Source: Rebecca billardiae RCC1528
Taxonomy: Eukaryota > Protista > Haptophyta
DNA length: 64,000 bases
NCBI GenBank assembly: GCA_965240325.2
Contig: OZ251227.1
Coordinates: 2,108,001 to 2,172,000, forward strand
Direction: 5' to 3'
Below the pieces are notes generated by a model that was not told where the DNA came from, searched no databases, and saw only the letters and a list, made by a program, of their open reading frames with translations. The position numbers and the translations under genes are program-made. How positions within the stretch are numbered: the first letter of the stretch is position 1; each line of letters starts with the position of its first letter. Shown here piece by piece: positions 1-11,700 of the stretch.

Positions 1-63
1 CCGTTTGGAAATGCCGGCGTGGACACGGGACGATGGCCCGTGGACTCACCACCCGGCCAACAG

Positions 64-125
64 CGATTCTCTCGACGTGATCACCGCCGAGAAGATTTCT
101 CTCGACGTGATCACCGCCGAGAAGA
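64..125. repeat. 30-bp tandem duplication, related to the 3' end of the adjacent gene
   Basis: tctctcgacgtgatcaccgccgagaagat occurs twice; a diverged third copy (cgattcgcccgacgtgatcaccgcc) lies at about 157-181. Confidence 0.85.
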
Positions 126-141
126 TGGCCCCAAGGATTCG

Positions 142-720
142 TCACCCTGCCAAAGGCGATTCGCCCGACGTGATCACCGCCAGGTGGAGTGGCACGACCA
201 TGGACGAGACGATCGCAAAGTGCCACAGCGTGTGGTTGGTGACGTACATTTGGTACTGGCGATGCACGATGGCAAACTTTGCTTTGAAGTGCCAGAAGAT
301 TCCCGCGGCGACCAGCCCGAGCATGAGAGCGCGCAAGCGCATCGGCATTGCGGAGAAGAGCACGATGGTGATCTCAAAGTAGACAGCAATGAGGGTGAGG
401 ACGATGGCCATGATGCGGTCGATCGGGTGGGCGATGGAGCGAGTGTCAGTGAGCATGACGTCGGAGACGTAGCTCGCGAAGCTCTGTACGATGCAGGCCC
501 ACGCCTGCGCCCGGAAGCTCCACTCGGTGAAGTAGGGCCACTTGGAGCCTGCATGCGTATGCGCGAGCCATGCGCACACGGACGCGGAATGAATCAAAGC
601 CCAAACGCCTGCGGCGCCGAAGAGGAAGCATGACGCTCCATAGAGCCACTCGCGCCTCAGATCCGGCCCCCAGCGGGCGTGACAGTTCTTCTTCCTCGAG
701 AGCAGCGCGTATCCGCCCAT
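142..720 (-). CDS. Multi-pass membrane protein, possibly CREST-superfamily-like
   Basis: ATG at 720 (MGGYALL...), about 6 hydrophobic segments, motifs SYVSD, HPIDR and C-terminal HTLWH (HxxWH). Confidence 0.6.
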   Translation of the reverse strand: MGGYALLSRKKNCHARWGPDLRREWLYGASCFLFGAAGVWALIHSASVCAWLAHTHAGSKWPYFTEWSFRAQAWACIVQSFASYVSDVMLTDTRSIAHPIDRIMAIVLTLIAVYFEITIVLFSAMPMRLRALMLGLVAAGIFWHFKAKFAIVHRQYQMYVTNHTLWHFAIVSSMVVPLHLAVITSGESPLAG

Positions 721-928
721 CGTCCCCGACGGGCGACGCCACTGTTGATCACGCCCAAGCCGAGTCCGCGGACGACCTTTCCGTGCTCTGCGGCTCCGGC
801 GGACCGACCGCCATCGCTGCTCTCGCGCCCTATTTTCCGCGCGGAAGAGCGGCCAGCGGCGGGCGGAGGTTGGCCAGCTCGCGCGTGCTCTGTAGGCCGG
901 CGCGGTCCCGGCCAGACCGCGGGCCGGC

Positions 929-1939
929 ATGCCCATCATCTACAGCCTCGTGGCACGCGGGACATGCGTGCTCGCCGAGCACACCACCACCTCTGGGAAC
1001 TTCACCACTGTTACGCGGCGCATCCTCGAGAAGATCCCTCTCGACATGGAGACTAAGATGAGTTACGTGTACGACAAGCACGTCTTCCACTACGCTGTGC
1101 AGGACGGGCTGGTGTTCCTCTGCATGGCCGACGAGGACTTTGGCCGACGAGTGCCATTTGCCTTCATCGACGACGTCAAGACGCGTTGGTTCAACACGTA
1201 CGGCGAACGCGGTGCATCGGCTCTGGCATACGGTGCGCGCGGCCCCAGCGCAGCGTACAGACCAGGTGGTCATGGGCTGAGCATCGCGCGCCGCGCGCGT
1301 GGCGCGGCGCCTGGTACGCAGGCATGAACGAAGACTTCTCGCGCGTGCTCGGGAGGCAGATGGTACGCGACCGCGCTCGCGCGGTCTTTTGCACGGCGCC
1401 ACACTGGGCTGCACTACGCGCTCCCTCCCGCTGACCAGCGCCCCTCGGCGCCCGCCGTGCGCACGCGCAGGACTACCACTCGGACGACACCGAGGTCGAC
1501 GCAATCTCGCGCGTGCGCGGCGAGATCGACGAGGTGAAGGAGGTGATGGTGGCCAACATCGAGCGCGTGCTCGAGCGCGGCGAGAAGATTGAGCTGCTGG
1601 TGGACAAGACGGACAACCTCAACCAGCAGGCGTTCCGCTTCAAGAAGCAGTCCACGTACCTGCGCCGCGCGCTGTGGTGGAAGAACTGCAAGCTGGTGGG
1701 CCGCCGCGCGGCACGCGGCGCCAGCCGAAACGCCCGCGGCTGCCTGCAATGCGCCCCTCTCGACACGTGCCCTTGCCATGTGCGCACGGCGCGCCCGCGC
1801 GCAGGCGATGCTCATCTTTGCCGTGGTGAGCGGGATCATCCTCCTGATCGTGATGAGCACATGCGGCGTCACTTTCCAAAAGTGCGTGAGCCGATCACAC
1901 AACCCTGGAGGATCAGGACGAGGCCACAAGCTTCTCTGA
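929..1939 (+). CDS. VAMP7: Longin R-SNARE VAMP7; exons 929-1232, 1322-1362, 1471-1695, 1805-1939
   Basis: MPIIYSLVARGTCVLAEH longin domain; synaptobrevin coil VKEVMVANIERVLERGEKIELLVDKT...LWWKN; C-terminal TM. Three GT-AG introns restore the frame. Confidence 0.95.
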
Positions 1940-2686
1940 CGCTCGTGTCATGCCTGATGACCATGACTTCGCGTGCACCAGCATTCACCGTGCCGTCAGC
2001 ACGGCAGCACCGCCGTCGCCCTGGGGCAGCCTTGAGCCTGCGGGACTGGCGTCGCACTGCACGCACGTTCAGCACTGCCAGGCTGTCAGTCGCAGTATCG
2101 CACTGCGCACGGCGCACGCAGTGACTGCAGCCGAATCGCACGCGCCAGCCGCGTGAGGCGCCGGGGCGCCCGCGCGGCGGTACGCGTGACGCGCCCCGGC
2201 TCATTGATGACAGATGATTCGTCGGTGACTCAGATTCAGAAGTTCAGAACGACGTACACTCTCAACGTGAGAGAATCCGACTACGAGTCAGACAGAGTTC
2301 GACAGTGACGGACGCCCACCGCGGCCACCGCCCAGGAGGCCCACCGTCGCACGACCGGCCGGGACTCGGAGGCCGGCCCATGCAGGCCTGCTAAGCGGGC
2401 AGCGCTAATATCGTCATGCACGTATACTGCTATACTGACACTCTGGGCTCCGGCTTGATGAATGATGGCGATGCGCGTCGCGGGCGGGCCGGGCGGCCCG
2501 CCGGCGGGCCGCGGGCCGTGGGGCCCCTGGTTTTCATTCAGCAGATTTTGGGGCGGCCGCCCGCGGGCCCGCCGTCCGAGTTCGGGGCGGGTCGGCTATA
2601 TTCGTCGTGAGTAGTACGTCAGCATCTCGCGTCGTCATGATGTGGGCGGCCGAGGTTGTCGCCGCACTTTAACAACGGTCTCATCA

Positions 2687-3520
2687 TCAGATACCATCCG
2701 CCGAGCGGAGCCGATCGAGCACTGCTGCTGTGCGCGCCTGTGCCTGGGCGACCTCGCCATCAAAGCGCCCACGAAACCGCCTGTGCAGCCCCTGCTTCGT
2801 GCGAGGGGTGCGCACGAGGACAGACGGGGGCCTGAGCTCGCCGTGCTCATCGACCATCTCCAGCGGCACGCCATCGCGAGGGCCGAACGCCGTGCCGTCA
2901 ACGTCTGACACCAGGTGCACGAGCGTCGAAGCATAAGCACCCGCGTGCTGCGCGCGAAACGCCGCGCTGGGCCCCAGCATCGTGCGATCCACGATGCCAC
3001 CGTCAACAAGCACGTGGCCATCGCGCACGATGGGGACGAACATGCGCGGCACTGCGCAGGATGCGGCAATCGCGTCGAGGAGCGAGCCCTCCGTGATGAG
3101 CACAGTCTCCTTGGCGCCCTTTGTGACCGTGCCCACAGCGAGAGGGACCTTGAGATCGGCAAAGGTGGTCGGCAGCACCCCTGCAAGGCGCGCGCACAGC
3201 GCGTCGGAGGTGAACATGCCACGCCACGGCTTGAGCGACGGGCGGCACAGCGAGATCGGTCGCTGCGCACGGAAGACGTCCGTGATCTCGTCAGCGCTCA
3301 GCCCAGCCGCGAACATGGCGCCCACAATCGAGCCTGAACTCGTGCCGACGATCGAGCGGACATTGCGGGCTGCGTCGTGCTCTTCAAGGGCGCGGAGGAC
3401 GCCCAGGTGGTTGGAGAAGCACAGGAAGCCCGAAGAGAAGACCACACTCGTCACCGCCCGCGCTGGCGGGGGCGTGCTCATGCAGACGAGCAGCGCTAGC
3501 ATTCGGGAGGGTGCCGCCAT
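2687..3520 (-). CDS. Patatin-like phospholipase with signal peptide
   Basis: Gly-loop variant FSSGFLCFSNHLGVLRAL, nucleophile elbow GTSSG, catalytic DGG. Confidence 0.88.
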   Translation of the reverse strand: MAAPSRMLALLVCMSTPPPARAVTSVVFSSGFLCFSNHLGVLRALEEHDAARNVRSIVGTSSGSIVGAMFAAGLSADEITDVFRAQRPISLCRPSLKPWRGMFTSDALCARLAGVLPTTFADLKVPLAVGTVTKGAKETVLITEGSLLDAIAASCAVPRMFVPIVRDGHVLVDGGIVDRTMLGPSAAFRAQHAGAYASTLVHLVSDVDGTAFGPRDGVPLEMVDEHGELRPPSVLVRTPRTKQGLHRRFRGRFDGEVAQAQARTAAVLDRLRSADGI

Positions 3521-3631
3521 CGTGGTACAGTATCACCACCGACAGCCGACCGGCCGCGGATCACGTGCCGCGTGAGCGCTGCAAGCGCATCGGCGTGCGG
3601 CGGCGTGGGTTCCTCGGCCGACGCCAACGGC

Positions 3632-4996
3632 ATGTCGGCGCGATTACCCACCGGCGCGACGCGTGCGTTGGTGGGCCGCTTGTTCGAGCAGGCTGTGGGC
3701 GTGTGCGAGGCCCTCGCTGGCAGAGCTCGCGCTTCCCTCCCCATTGCGGACACCACCGCCCTTGTCCCGGTCCCGCCCTCTACTGAGGTGCAGGCGCAGC
3801 GCACAGAGCTCCTGAGCAGGGTCGCCTGCGATCGTTCGATCGCATGCGAGGAGACGGTGGTGCGGGAGCTCGACGAGCAAGTCGGTGCTCTGATCGCCGC
3901 CCCAGTGCCGCCGGCTGCCGAGGACCTCTCCGAGCGCGTGCTGCACAAATGGTGCGCGGCCAACCGAACTGTGCTCTTCCCGCGGACGCCGTATCTCTTC
4001 GCGTACGAGTGGCAGGTGGGCTCTGGGACCGATCAGATTCAATTCAAAGGCGATCTCTTACTCTGGGACGGCTCGCACACTTTCACCGCGGTTGAGTGCA
4101 AGTACCTGAACGGCAGCGGGACCAGCTCGTACAAGACGAACAAGCTGCTGTCGCAGGTGTCCGCAGCCGTCGCCGTGGCGCCTGGATTTCTCAACTTGCT
4201 CCGCGCGGCCGACTCAGACGCGAGGTTCTCGATGCTGGCCGAGCGCGAGGCCCTGCCGGCGCCTACCGGCTGGACCGCCGCCGTGGGCTCTGCGCGGTTC
4301 CCCTGGGAGTACCCGCGCGGGCTGCTGCAGTACCTGGACGAGCGCATGCAATTTCCGCGCGTGCACGGCCTCTTCGTCACAAACCGCATGGATGCGCTGA
4401 GCGAAGAGCCCGGGGGGCTGTTCAGCTCGGAGCACCTCCCCGAGAGCTGCAGGAAGGTGTGCCAGGCCTCGTACGACGCGTTCAGCCAAGCTGCCGGAGT
4501 CGTCGCGCCCTCGGAGTGCGACACGACGCTGAGCCGCAAGCTGGCGCTGAGGACTCTGTATGGCGGGGCCGCGCGCGCTGTGGCGCACACGGCGACGGGC
4601 GGGCAGGGTGATCCCGATGAGTCGGAGGCAACAGGTGATAGCGGCGAGGGTGACGACGACGAGGGCACGTACCCCGCTGTGGAGGAGATGGTGCGCAGGG
4701 GCGTGGCGGCGCTGCAGCGAGCTGACGGCGGCCCGATCACGCTGACCGAGCTGCGCCTGGCGATGCTCCCCGGACACACCAACGGAGCGTTCAAGAACGT
4801 CCCGCTATTGCGCGAAGAGGAGCTCGAGCGCTTTATGGGCGCGCAGGACGCCGCGGAGCTGCCGGAGCCGCGTTTCATGCAGTTCAAAGAATTCCTTCTT
4901 TCGGAGGGGCCGTTCGTGATTGACAACATCAACTATGTGCGGCTGGACAACGCAAGAGCAGCTGTGGCGAAAGCCCAGGGCCAGGGCCGACGGTGA
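3632..4996 (+). CDS. Hypothetical protein with a PD-(D/E)XK nuclease-like motif
   Basis: Intronless ORF of about 454 aa; YEWQV...KGDLLLWDGSHTFTAVECKYL at about 4004-4107. Confidence 0.6.
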   Translation: MSARLPTGATRALVGRLFEQAVGVCEALAGRARASLPIADTTALVPVPPSTEVQAQRTELLSRVACDRSIACEETVVRELDEQVGALIAAPVPPAAEDLSERVLHKWCAANRTVLFPRTPYLFAYEWQVGSGTDQIQFKGDLLLWDGSHTFTAVECKYLNGSGTSSYKTNKLLSQVSAAVAVAPGFLNLLRAADSDARFSMLAEREALPAPTGWTAAVGSARFPWEYPRGLLQYLDERMQFPRVHGLFVTNRMDALSEEPGGLFSSEHLPESCRKVCQASYDAFSQAAGVVAPSECDTTLSRKLALRTLYGGAARAVAHTATGGQGDPDESEATGDSGEGDDDEGTYPAVEEMVRRGVAALQRADGGPITLTELRLAMLPGHTNGAFKNVPLLREEELERFMGAQDAAELPEPRFMQFKEFLLSEGPFVIDNINYVRLDNARAAVAKAQGQGRR

Positions 4997-5260
4997 TCGG
5001 ATCTCACTGGCACCTGACATGTCACACAGCAGCTGTCACTTCGTCGTCAGCGATCAGCAGGGTGATGCGCAGATATCGCGATACTACTGTACTGCTACCG
5101 TGCTACAGAATAACGTGACTAGCTACTACTCTTGTTCTAGCATCAGCATTCCTTTGTCAGCAGTATGTATCCTTAAGACGACTGTACAACTATGGGGCTA
5201 TACAGTACAGTCTGTACAGTACAGTACTCTGTACTGTACGTGCAATCTGCATGCGACCTG

Positions 5261-6874
5261 ATGACGGCAGCGCCAATGAGAACGATGGCGACGGGCTCGC
5301 CCCGCCTCGGCCGTCTCGTCGCCCTCGCCCTCACCCTCCTCGCCAGCGCCCGCGCGCTCGGCGCCCCGCCGCCGCCTGCGCCCCGCCGCGGCCAGTGCTT
5401 CCGGCCGGCTGGCGCAGCGCCGCCGCCCACCCCGGCCGCCGCCGCCGCCGCCGCCGCCGCGCCGCCACCCGCGGCCGCCCGTGCCTCACTCGGCCGGCGG
5501 TCGGCGCTCTCGCGCGCGAGCGCAGTTGCCGCGGGGGCGGCGGCGGCGGCGGCGGCGCCGGTCCCCCTGGTGGCCCCGGGCGGGTCCGCAAGCGCGGCCG
5601 TCGGCCCCGAGGCGGCGTGGCCCCTGTGGCCCGCCCTGCCAGTGTTCCCCTACGCTCGGCGCAAGACGATCCGCCGCGAGGTCGGCCCGGGCGTCTGGGC
5701 CTTCGACCAGCTGATCGGCATCTACTACGTGCACGTGCCAATCCGCATGACCGTCGTCCGCCTCGACGCCGGCGGCCTCTTCGTTTACGCCCCCGTGGCC
5801 CCCACCAAGGAGTGCCTCGCCCTCCTCGCGCCCCTCGTGGCCGCGCACGGCCCCGTGCGGTGCATCGTACTGCCCTCAGTCGCGGTCGAGCACAAGGTGC
5901 TGGCGGGGCCCTTCGCCCGCGCCTTCCCCGACGCCGACTTTTACGCCGTGGACCAGCAGTATTCGTTCCCCGTCCCCCTGCCCGGCCGGTTCCTGGGCCT
6001 GCCGCGCTGGACCAAGCCCCTGCCCCGAAGCGGTGCCGGCCTGCCCGGCGGCGGCCTCTGCGGCGGCGAGCTGGCGCACGAGGTTCTGACGGTCAAGCCC
6101 GGTCCGGGGTCCTTCTTCCAGGACGTGGCCGTGGTGCACCGCCCGTCGCGCACCCTGCTGATCTGCGACGCGGTGCTCGGCGTCACCGACGAGCCCCCCG
6201 CCATCCTCACCAGCGACCCCGAGTACGTGCGCGCGCTGCTGTTCCACGCGCGAGATGCGCCGACCGAGCAGGTGGCCGACTCGCCGGCCGCGCGGCGCAA
6301 GGGCTGGCGCCGCATCGTCCTCCTCTTCAACTTCTTCATCCCGGGCGCCACCCAGGCGGACGTGGGCCTCGGGCCCCTGGGGCGCCTCGATCCGCGCTTC
6401 CCCCTGGGCTGGGGCGGCTGGCAGCCCTTTGCGTGGCGCGCTGACGACGAGGCCGAGAGCTTTGCGCGCTACAGCCGCGGCGGGGCGCCCACCCTCCTCC
6501 CCATCGTGCAGATCATCCTCGCCCGCGGCGCGGCGGATGGCTCCGTGGCGCGCTGGGTGGACGCCGTGAGCGCCTGGGGCTTCGACCGCGTGGTGCCCGC
6601 CCACCTCGACGCGCCCCTTGCCGCGGGGCCCAGGGAGTTCGCCGCCGCCTTTGACTTTGTCCGCGAGAAGGGCGAGCTCGCGGCGGGCAACGCGGTGCGC
6701 TTCTGCGACGAGGACGTGGCGCTCCTCCGCGAGGCCGAGCGCGGGCCCCTCGCCTTCTCCGTGGGGCCGACGCCCCTCGGCCCGCTCCGCGGCGAGCCCT
6801 GCGGCCTCGGCGGGGGCGAGCCGCGCGTCGTCTCCCGCGAGCTCAACCTCCGATGGACGCCGCCGTCGCCTTGA
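5261..6874 (+). CDS. DUF4336-family (metallo-beta-lactamase-like) protein, probably plastid-targeted
   Basis: WPLWPALPVFPYARRKTIRREV...DQLIGIYYVHVPIRMTVVRL...APVAPTKEC, EHK, and WGFDRVVPAHLDAP; N-terminal signal peptide followed by an Ala/Pro-rich presequence. Confidence 0.85.
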   Translation: MTAAPMRTMATGSPRLGRLVALALTLLASARALGAPPPPAPRRGQCFRPAGAAPPPTPAAAAAAAAAPPPAAARASLGRRSALSRASAVAAGAAAAAAAPVPLVAPGGSASAAVGPEAAWPLWPALPVFPYARRKTIRREVGPGVWAFDQLIGIYYVHVPIRMTVVRLDAGGLFVYAPVAPTKECLALLAPLVAAHGPVRCIVLPSVAVEHKVLAGPFARAFPDADFYAVDQQYSFPVPLPGRFLGLPRWTKPLPRSGAGLPGGGLCGGELAHEVLTVKPGPGSFFQDVAVVHRPSRTLLICDAVLGVTDEPPAILTSDPEYVRALLFHARDAPTEQVADSPAARRKGWRRIVLLFNFFIPGATQADVGLGPLGRLDPRFPLGWGGWQPFAWRADDEAESFARYSRGGAPTLLPIVQIILARGAADGSVARWVDAVSAWGFDRVVPAHLDAPLAAGPREFAAAFDFVREKGELAAGNAVRFCDEDVALLREAERGPLAFSVGPTPLGPLRGEPCGLGGGEPRVVSRELNLRWTPPSP

Positions 6875-7341
6875 CGGCCGTGAGCAGGGAGGACGGTGAG
6901 AGATCGAGCCTACTACTATCGTAAATATGTACTATATACTACTACTTCTACTAGCTACTACTACGACTACTACTGTATCTTATAGAAGTCGATATATAGT
7001 ATATATTCAGCCGATATATGGCACATATGCTGCGTGCTAGTAACGGTAGTATAGCAGGGAGATTGGCGGCGACCGTGCCGCGCCGCGGGCGGCACAGCGA
7101 GCGGGCCAAGCGCGGGCAAGCGGGCGGGGCCGACGGCCGTGTCCAACCCAGCACTCGACAAGGCGGCGCCGGTCGCCTCGCCAGGAGGTTGAGCTTGCTT
7201 GGTGTTGTCCGGCTTCCTCAGCTCATCATGACATCATCACTCTGAAGGCAAAGGACCATCCTGAAGGTCTTGTTGTTGTTGGCGCCTCGCGACTCGCTGC
7301 GACGCTGCCAGTCGCTGGAGAGCTGGGAATCATTCAGCACG

Positions 7342-8511
7342 ATGGGCTCCACGATGGCGTTGCGACGCCAACCGCTCAAGCGAGTTTTGGCCTGGCCGCT
7401 CCTGGCGGCGCTCGTCAGGGCGGGGCTCCCGCCCGTGTACAAAGCATACCCATCGCCGCAGATGCTGCCGATCCGTCGCGAGTGGTGGGTCACCATCGAC
7501 CCCGCCAACCGCACCCTCAACGCGCTCAACCACTGCTGCAACAACTCCAAGATGTACCGGCCGTGCGCGACCGCGGAGCAGCTCGCCGAGTTCCCGATGA
7601 AGCGCTTCGTCGGGCCGAGCGGGCGGATACGGAACGACGCGCCCGCCCGCCTGCGCGCGCACCTCGCGCATCGGCGCGTGTTGCTGCTCGGCGACTCGAT
7701 CACGCAGGAGTGGTACGAGTCTCTCGTGTGCTACACCGGCCTCGGACCCTTTGACGGCTACCTGCCGCGCGCGCCCACGGACAGGACGGGGCCGCACGCG
7801 GAGATCGCGCGCTGGTGCGGGCGCATCCGGCAGATCTTGGGCACGGTGCCGATCCACATCCGCACCAACGACCTCGGCATGCACATCACGCCCGGCGACG
7901 CGGGCGGGCGCGCGGGCAGCGGCCTCATCTACCTCAACCTTCCGGCGCTCAACGTGGCCAAGGTGGCGAAGACGATGCCCGCGATGATGCGGCTCGCGAG
8001 CGAGGAGCGGGTTGACGTCATCGTTGTCGACCCGGCGATGAACCACCTGTACCCCAACCGGCTCACCCAGGCCCTCCGCATGATCCCGGAGCTGTGCGCC
8101 GAGCTCGCGCCGAGCGGCATGCACTGCGCGATGCGCGAGCCGACGCCTCAGCACTTCATCTACCCGTCCGTGCCGCAGTCGTACAACTGGGGCACGTTCC
8201 TCCGGCGGCACTTCGAGGGCACGTGCAAGCCGTTCGACGGCCCCGAGTACGACACCTCCGTCGCCGGCTTCAAGCGCGACATGGTGCGCAGGCTGCACGG
8301 CAACGTGACGCTGTACGAGGTGTTTGACGCTCTTGTGCCGGTGCCCTTCCACCCCGGCCGGCCCGACGAGCGCTTCTACACGAAGCAGCGCTCGTACGAC
8401 TGCCTGCACCTCATGACGGACACGGAGGTGTGGGAGCCGCTGCACCTGCAGCTGCTCGACCACCTCGACAAGCTCTTCGGCCCGCCGCCGCCGATGCCAA
8501 GCAGTGCCTGA
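7342..8511 (+). CDS. SGNH/PC-esterase (TBL/Cas1p-like) O-acyltransferase or esterase
   Basis: N-terminal hydrophobic anchor, LLGDSITQEWYESLVC (GDS motif), C-terminal YDCLH (DxxH). Confidence 0.75.
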   Translation: MGSTMALRRQPLKRVLAWPLLAALVRAGLPPVYKAYPSPQMLPIRREWWVTIDPANRTLNALNHCCNNSKMYRPCATAEQLAEFPMKRFVGPSGRIRNDAPARLRAHLAHRRVLLLGDSITQEWYESLVCYTGLGPFDGYLPRAPTDRTGPHAEIARWCGRIRQILGTVPIHIRTNDLGMHITPGDAGGRAGSGLIYLNLPALNVAKVAKTMPAMMRLASEERVDVIVVDPAMNHLYPNRLTQALRMIPELCAELAPSGMHCAMREPTPQHFIYPSVPQSYNWGTFLRRHFEGTCKPFDGPEYDTSVAGFKRDMVRRLHGNVTLYEVFDALVPVPFHPGRPDERFYTKQRSYDCLHLMTDTEVWEPLHLQLLDHLDKLFGPPPPMPSSA

Positions 8512-8703
8512 GCAGTGGCGGGCAGAGGCTTCGTAGCAGTTCGAGTACGGTGAGACTTGAGTCAAGCGCCCGCGGGCGTCGGCAGTCACGTTTGCTGACG
8601 TTATACTAGTAGTACGTATACTATACACGTAGTCGTACTACATTTAGAACTCGTCAGAGATGAGCAGGGTGCACCGCGCCCCCCCATCTACTCATCATCA
8701 TCA

Positions 8704-11700
8704 TCACTGCGCCGCCGCACTCAAACTGACACCGCGGCGGCTGCTGCTGCTGAGATTGCTCGCAGCCATCGATGGAGAAAGCGCGAGAGTGTCGGAGAGT
8801 GGGCGCCCCTCGCTGAGCCGCGCGTCCGCGACGCTCACCGCCTTGCTGAACACTGAGCGCGCGCGCGGCGTGCGCGAGGGCCTCCGGCTGCTGGCGCTGC
8901 CCGAGCCGCCCGCCCGGCTGCGTGCGGTCGACTGCGGCGAGAGCGCGCCCAGCCACGCGTCGCTGTCTTCGCTGTCCTCCTCCTCCTCGGCCGAGCCGCC
9001 GCCCCAGGCGCTTGCCCTGCTCCGCCCGAACGCCTTTGAGAGCTCGGCGCTGCCGATGGCGCCGAACGCGTCGGCGCCGAGGGCCGCGCGTGGCGGCGCG
9101 CGCGCGGGCACGCCAGGCTCAACGCCCGCGGCGGCGGCGCCGAGCGCGGGCCTCACGAGCGACAGCCAGGCTCCCGCCGCGCCGACGGGCGGCGCGGTCG
9201 GGTGGCCCTGGATTGCGCCCGACGCGTCCGCCGTCGCGGCGAGCAGCGCGTCGCGCTGCATGCGCCCGAACTTGGTGAGCGCGCGCAGCTGCCGTGTCAG
9301 CGTCTCGTACGCGAGCGCAAAGCGCCACGCGCGGAACGCGGCGCGCGCGCGCGCTCGCTCCTGCTGCTTGGACGCGAGGACGAACGCTCGCCACACGCGC
9401 GACTGCTCGGCGCGCAGCGCGCGCACCGCGTCGCGCTGCTCCGCCGAGCGCCGCGTCGCGCGGCCCGGCGCGGCCGCGAACAGCGCGCTGCCCTGCTCGG
9501 CACGCAGCTGGATCTCAGCACCGCGCGGCGCGGAGCTGATGGTCGCGGCGCGCGCGCGCGGCGCACTCGGCTCCTTGCTCAGAGCGGCGTGCAGCGCGCG
9601 CGCATACGCGGCCAGGTCAGCGGCGAGCTCGCCGTTGAGAGTGGAGGCGCGCGCGTCGGCGGCGGCGCGCGGAACGGCCTGGACGCCGCGTGCGGCCGCC
9701 GTGGCGTGGCGCCACGCCGCGAGCAGCGCGCGCAGGTGGCGGAAGTGGCGCGCGTGCGCGCGCGCCGCCGCGCGCGCCGAGGCGTCCACGGCCGCAAGCA
9801 CGCGCGCGCGCGCCGCCTCGCGCGCCGCACTCGGCGTGTCAACCACCGCACCCGCCGGTGCACGCTCGGCGTGAGCTGGCACGCCGCCGCGCGCGCCGCC
9901 CGGTGCGGCGGCGGCCGCCCAACCGCCGCGTGCCGCTGCGGCGCGGGGCCCGCGCGCCGGGTCGCTCAGCCGGCGTACGCGCGCGGCCTCAGCCGCCTCC
10001 ACACTCGCCGCCAGCCGCGGCGAGCGCCCAGCAAAGGCGGTGGCGGCGGCGACCGCCGCGCGGCAGCTGGCAAGACCTGCGGTAAGCACACCGGCGCGCG
10101 CGCTGCGCTCCGCCTGGGCGTCGATGTCCGACTCGGCCGCGAGACCTGCGGCGCGCCGTGCCCGCTCCCGCGCCGCCGGGCTGCCGCCGTCGCTGTCCTC
10201 GCTGTCAAAGACTGCGCCGGCCGCGCGCGCCGCGCGCCGCGCCGCGCCGCGTGGGCTGTCGGGCGGCGACGCCGCGGCCGCGGCCGCGGGCGCTGCCACG
10301 GCCGCGGCCGCCGGCGGTGGCACGCTCGGCGCCGGCTGTGGCACAGGGCCAGCCGGCGGCCCGCTCGGCTCCGTCGGCGCCGCGCCCGCGCTCGCGCGCG
10401 CCGAGACAGCGCCCCAGCGGCCGCGCGGCGGCCCGTGAGCATCGCCGACGCACGCGCGGCGCAGCTCGGCATGCTGGGCCACCTGCTCAAACGCTGCGGC
10501 CGCGCGCAGCACGTGTCCGCCACCGCTGGTGGGGAGGAGGGCCTCCGGCTGCAGCTGGGGCGGGGCGCCCACCGCCCTGCGCAGCCGCGGCGCGCTCGTC
10601 GCGCGCGCGCGCTCCGCCGCCGCCGCCGGCGCGGCCGCCCCGGCGGCCTCAGCCCCGGCTGCCGCGGCCGCCGGGGCGGGCGCGGCGCGGGGCGCCGGCG
10701 GCGCTGTCGGCCTGAGCGGCTCACTGCCGCTCGCTCCGCGCTCGTGCGCGCGCGCCGACTCGGCGGCCGCGGTGGAGATCGCGCCGGCGAGCCCCGCCGC
10801 GAGTGCCTCCAAGTTGGAGGCCGGGCGGGATTGCGCGCGCGGCGCGCTGCTCGCGCCCACGCCGCCGCCGTCGGCGCGCGCGCGCCGCTCGCGCGCGCGC
10901 CGCTCGCGCGCGCGCCGCGCTGCACGGCCCCACGCGTGCAAGGTGCGTGACGAGAGGCGAACACGTGCCTCGCTCTCGCGCGCGCGCGCCACGGCCTCCG
11001 CGGCGCGCACGCTGCGCGCGTGCGCCGCGCGCGCCTTCGCCTCCGCCTCGCCCTCGCGCACGCGCAGCCGCCTCAGCATCCTCTCTTCCGCGTCGCTGTC
11101 GGCGCGCGCGGTGCGGCTAGCGACCGCCTTTTCCGCGTCCGCCTCCGCGCGCTCGATCAGGTGCCGCGCCTCCGCCTGGAGCCGGAGGCGCTCGAGGGTG
11201 AGCTCGGCGTCGAGCGCGTCGACCGTGCGCGCGAGCTCGGCGCAGCGCTGACGCCACTCGTCCGCCTCGCGCAGGTACGTGCCCGGTGCCGACGTGGCCT
11301 GGGTGCCGCGTTCACGCGCCGCTGTGGGCGTGGCGGCGGCTGCGGGGCGCGGCGGCCGCGGCGGCGGCTGCGGCGGCGTGAGTGCCGATGCGCGCTCGAG
11401 CGCTTCGGCGGCTCGGCGTGCCGCATCGGCGAGGAGCTCGGTGTGCACCACCTGCTGCGCACGCACGTCTCGCGCCGCGTAGTCGTCGCCAAGTACCGCC
11501 TCTGCGAGCCGCACGCGCCGGCTGCGCAGCGGCCACTCCGCCTCGTCCACCGCGGTCCAGCCGTGGGGCGCGTCGGGCGCGAGGTGGTCAGGCGAGCGAG
11601 AGCGATATGGTCTCGGCCGCGCCCCGTCGTCCAGCGCGCCCGCCGCGCGTGCGGCACCGGACTGCCGCGGCGATCGCTCGGCGGTCAGCAATTGCTCTGT

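Noticed and set aside
2480-2595. Small hAT-like MITE made of GGCCCG repeats (similar tracts near 33530-33620 and 37540-37570)
   Set aside because: No TIR or TSD could be defined
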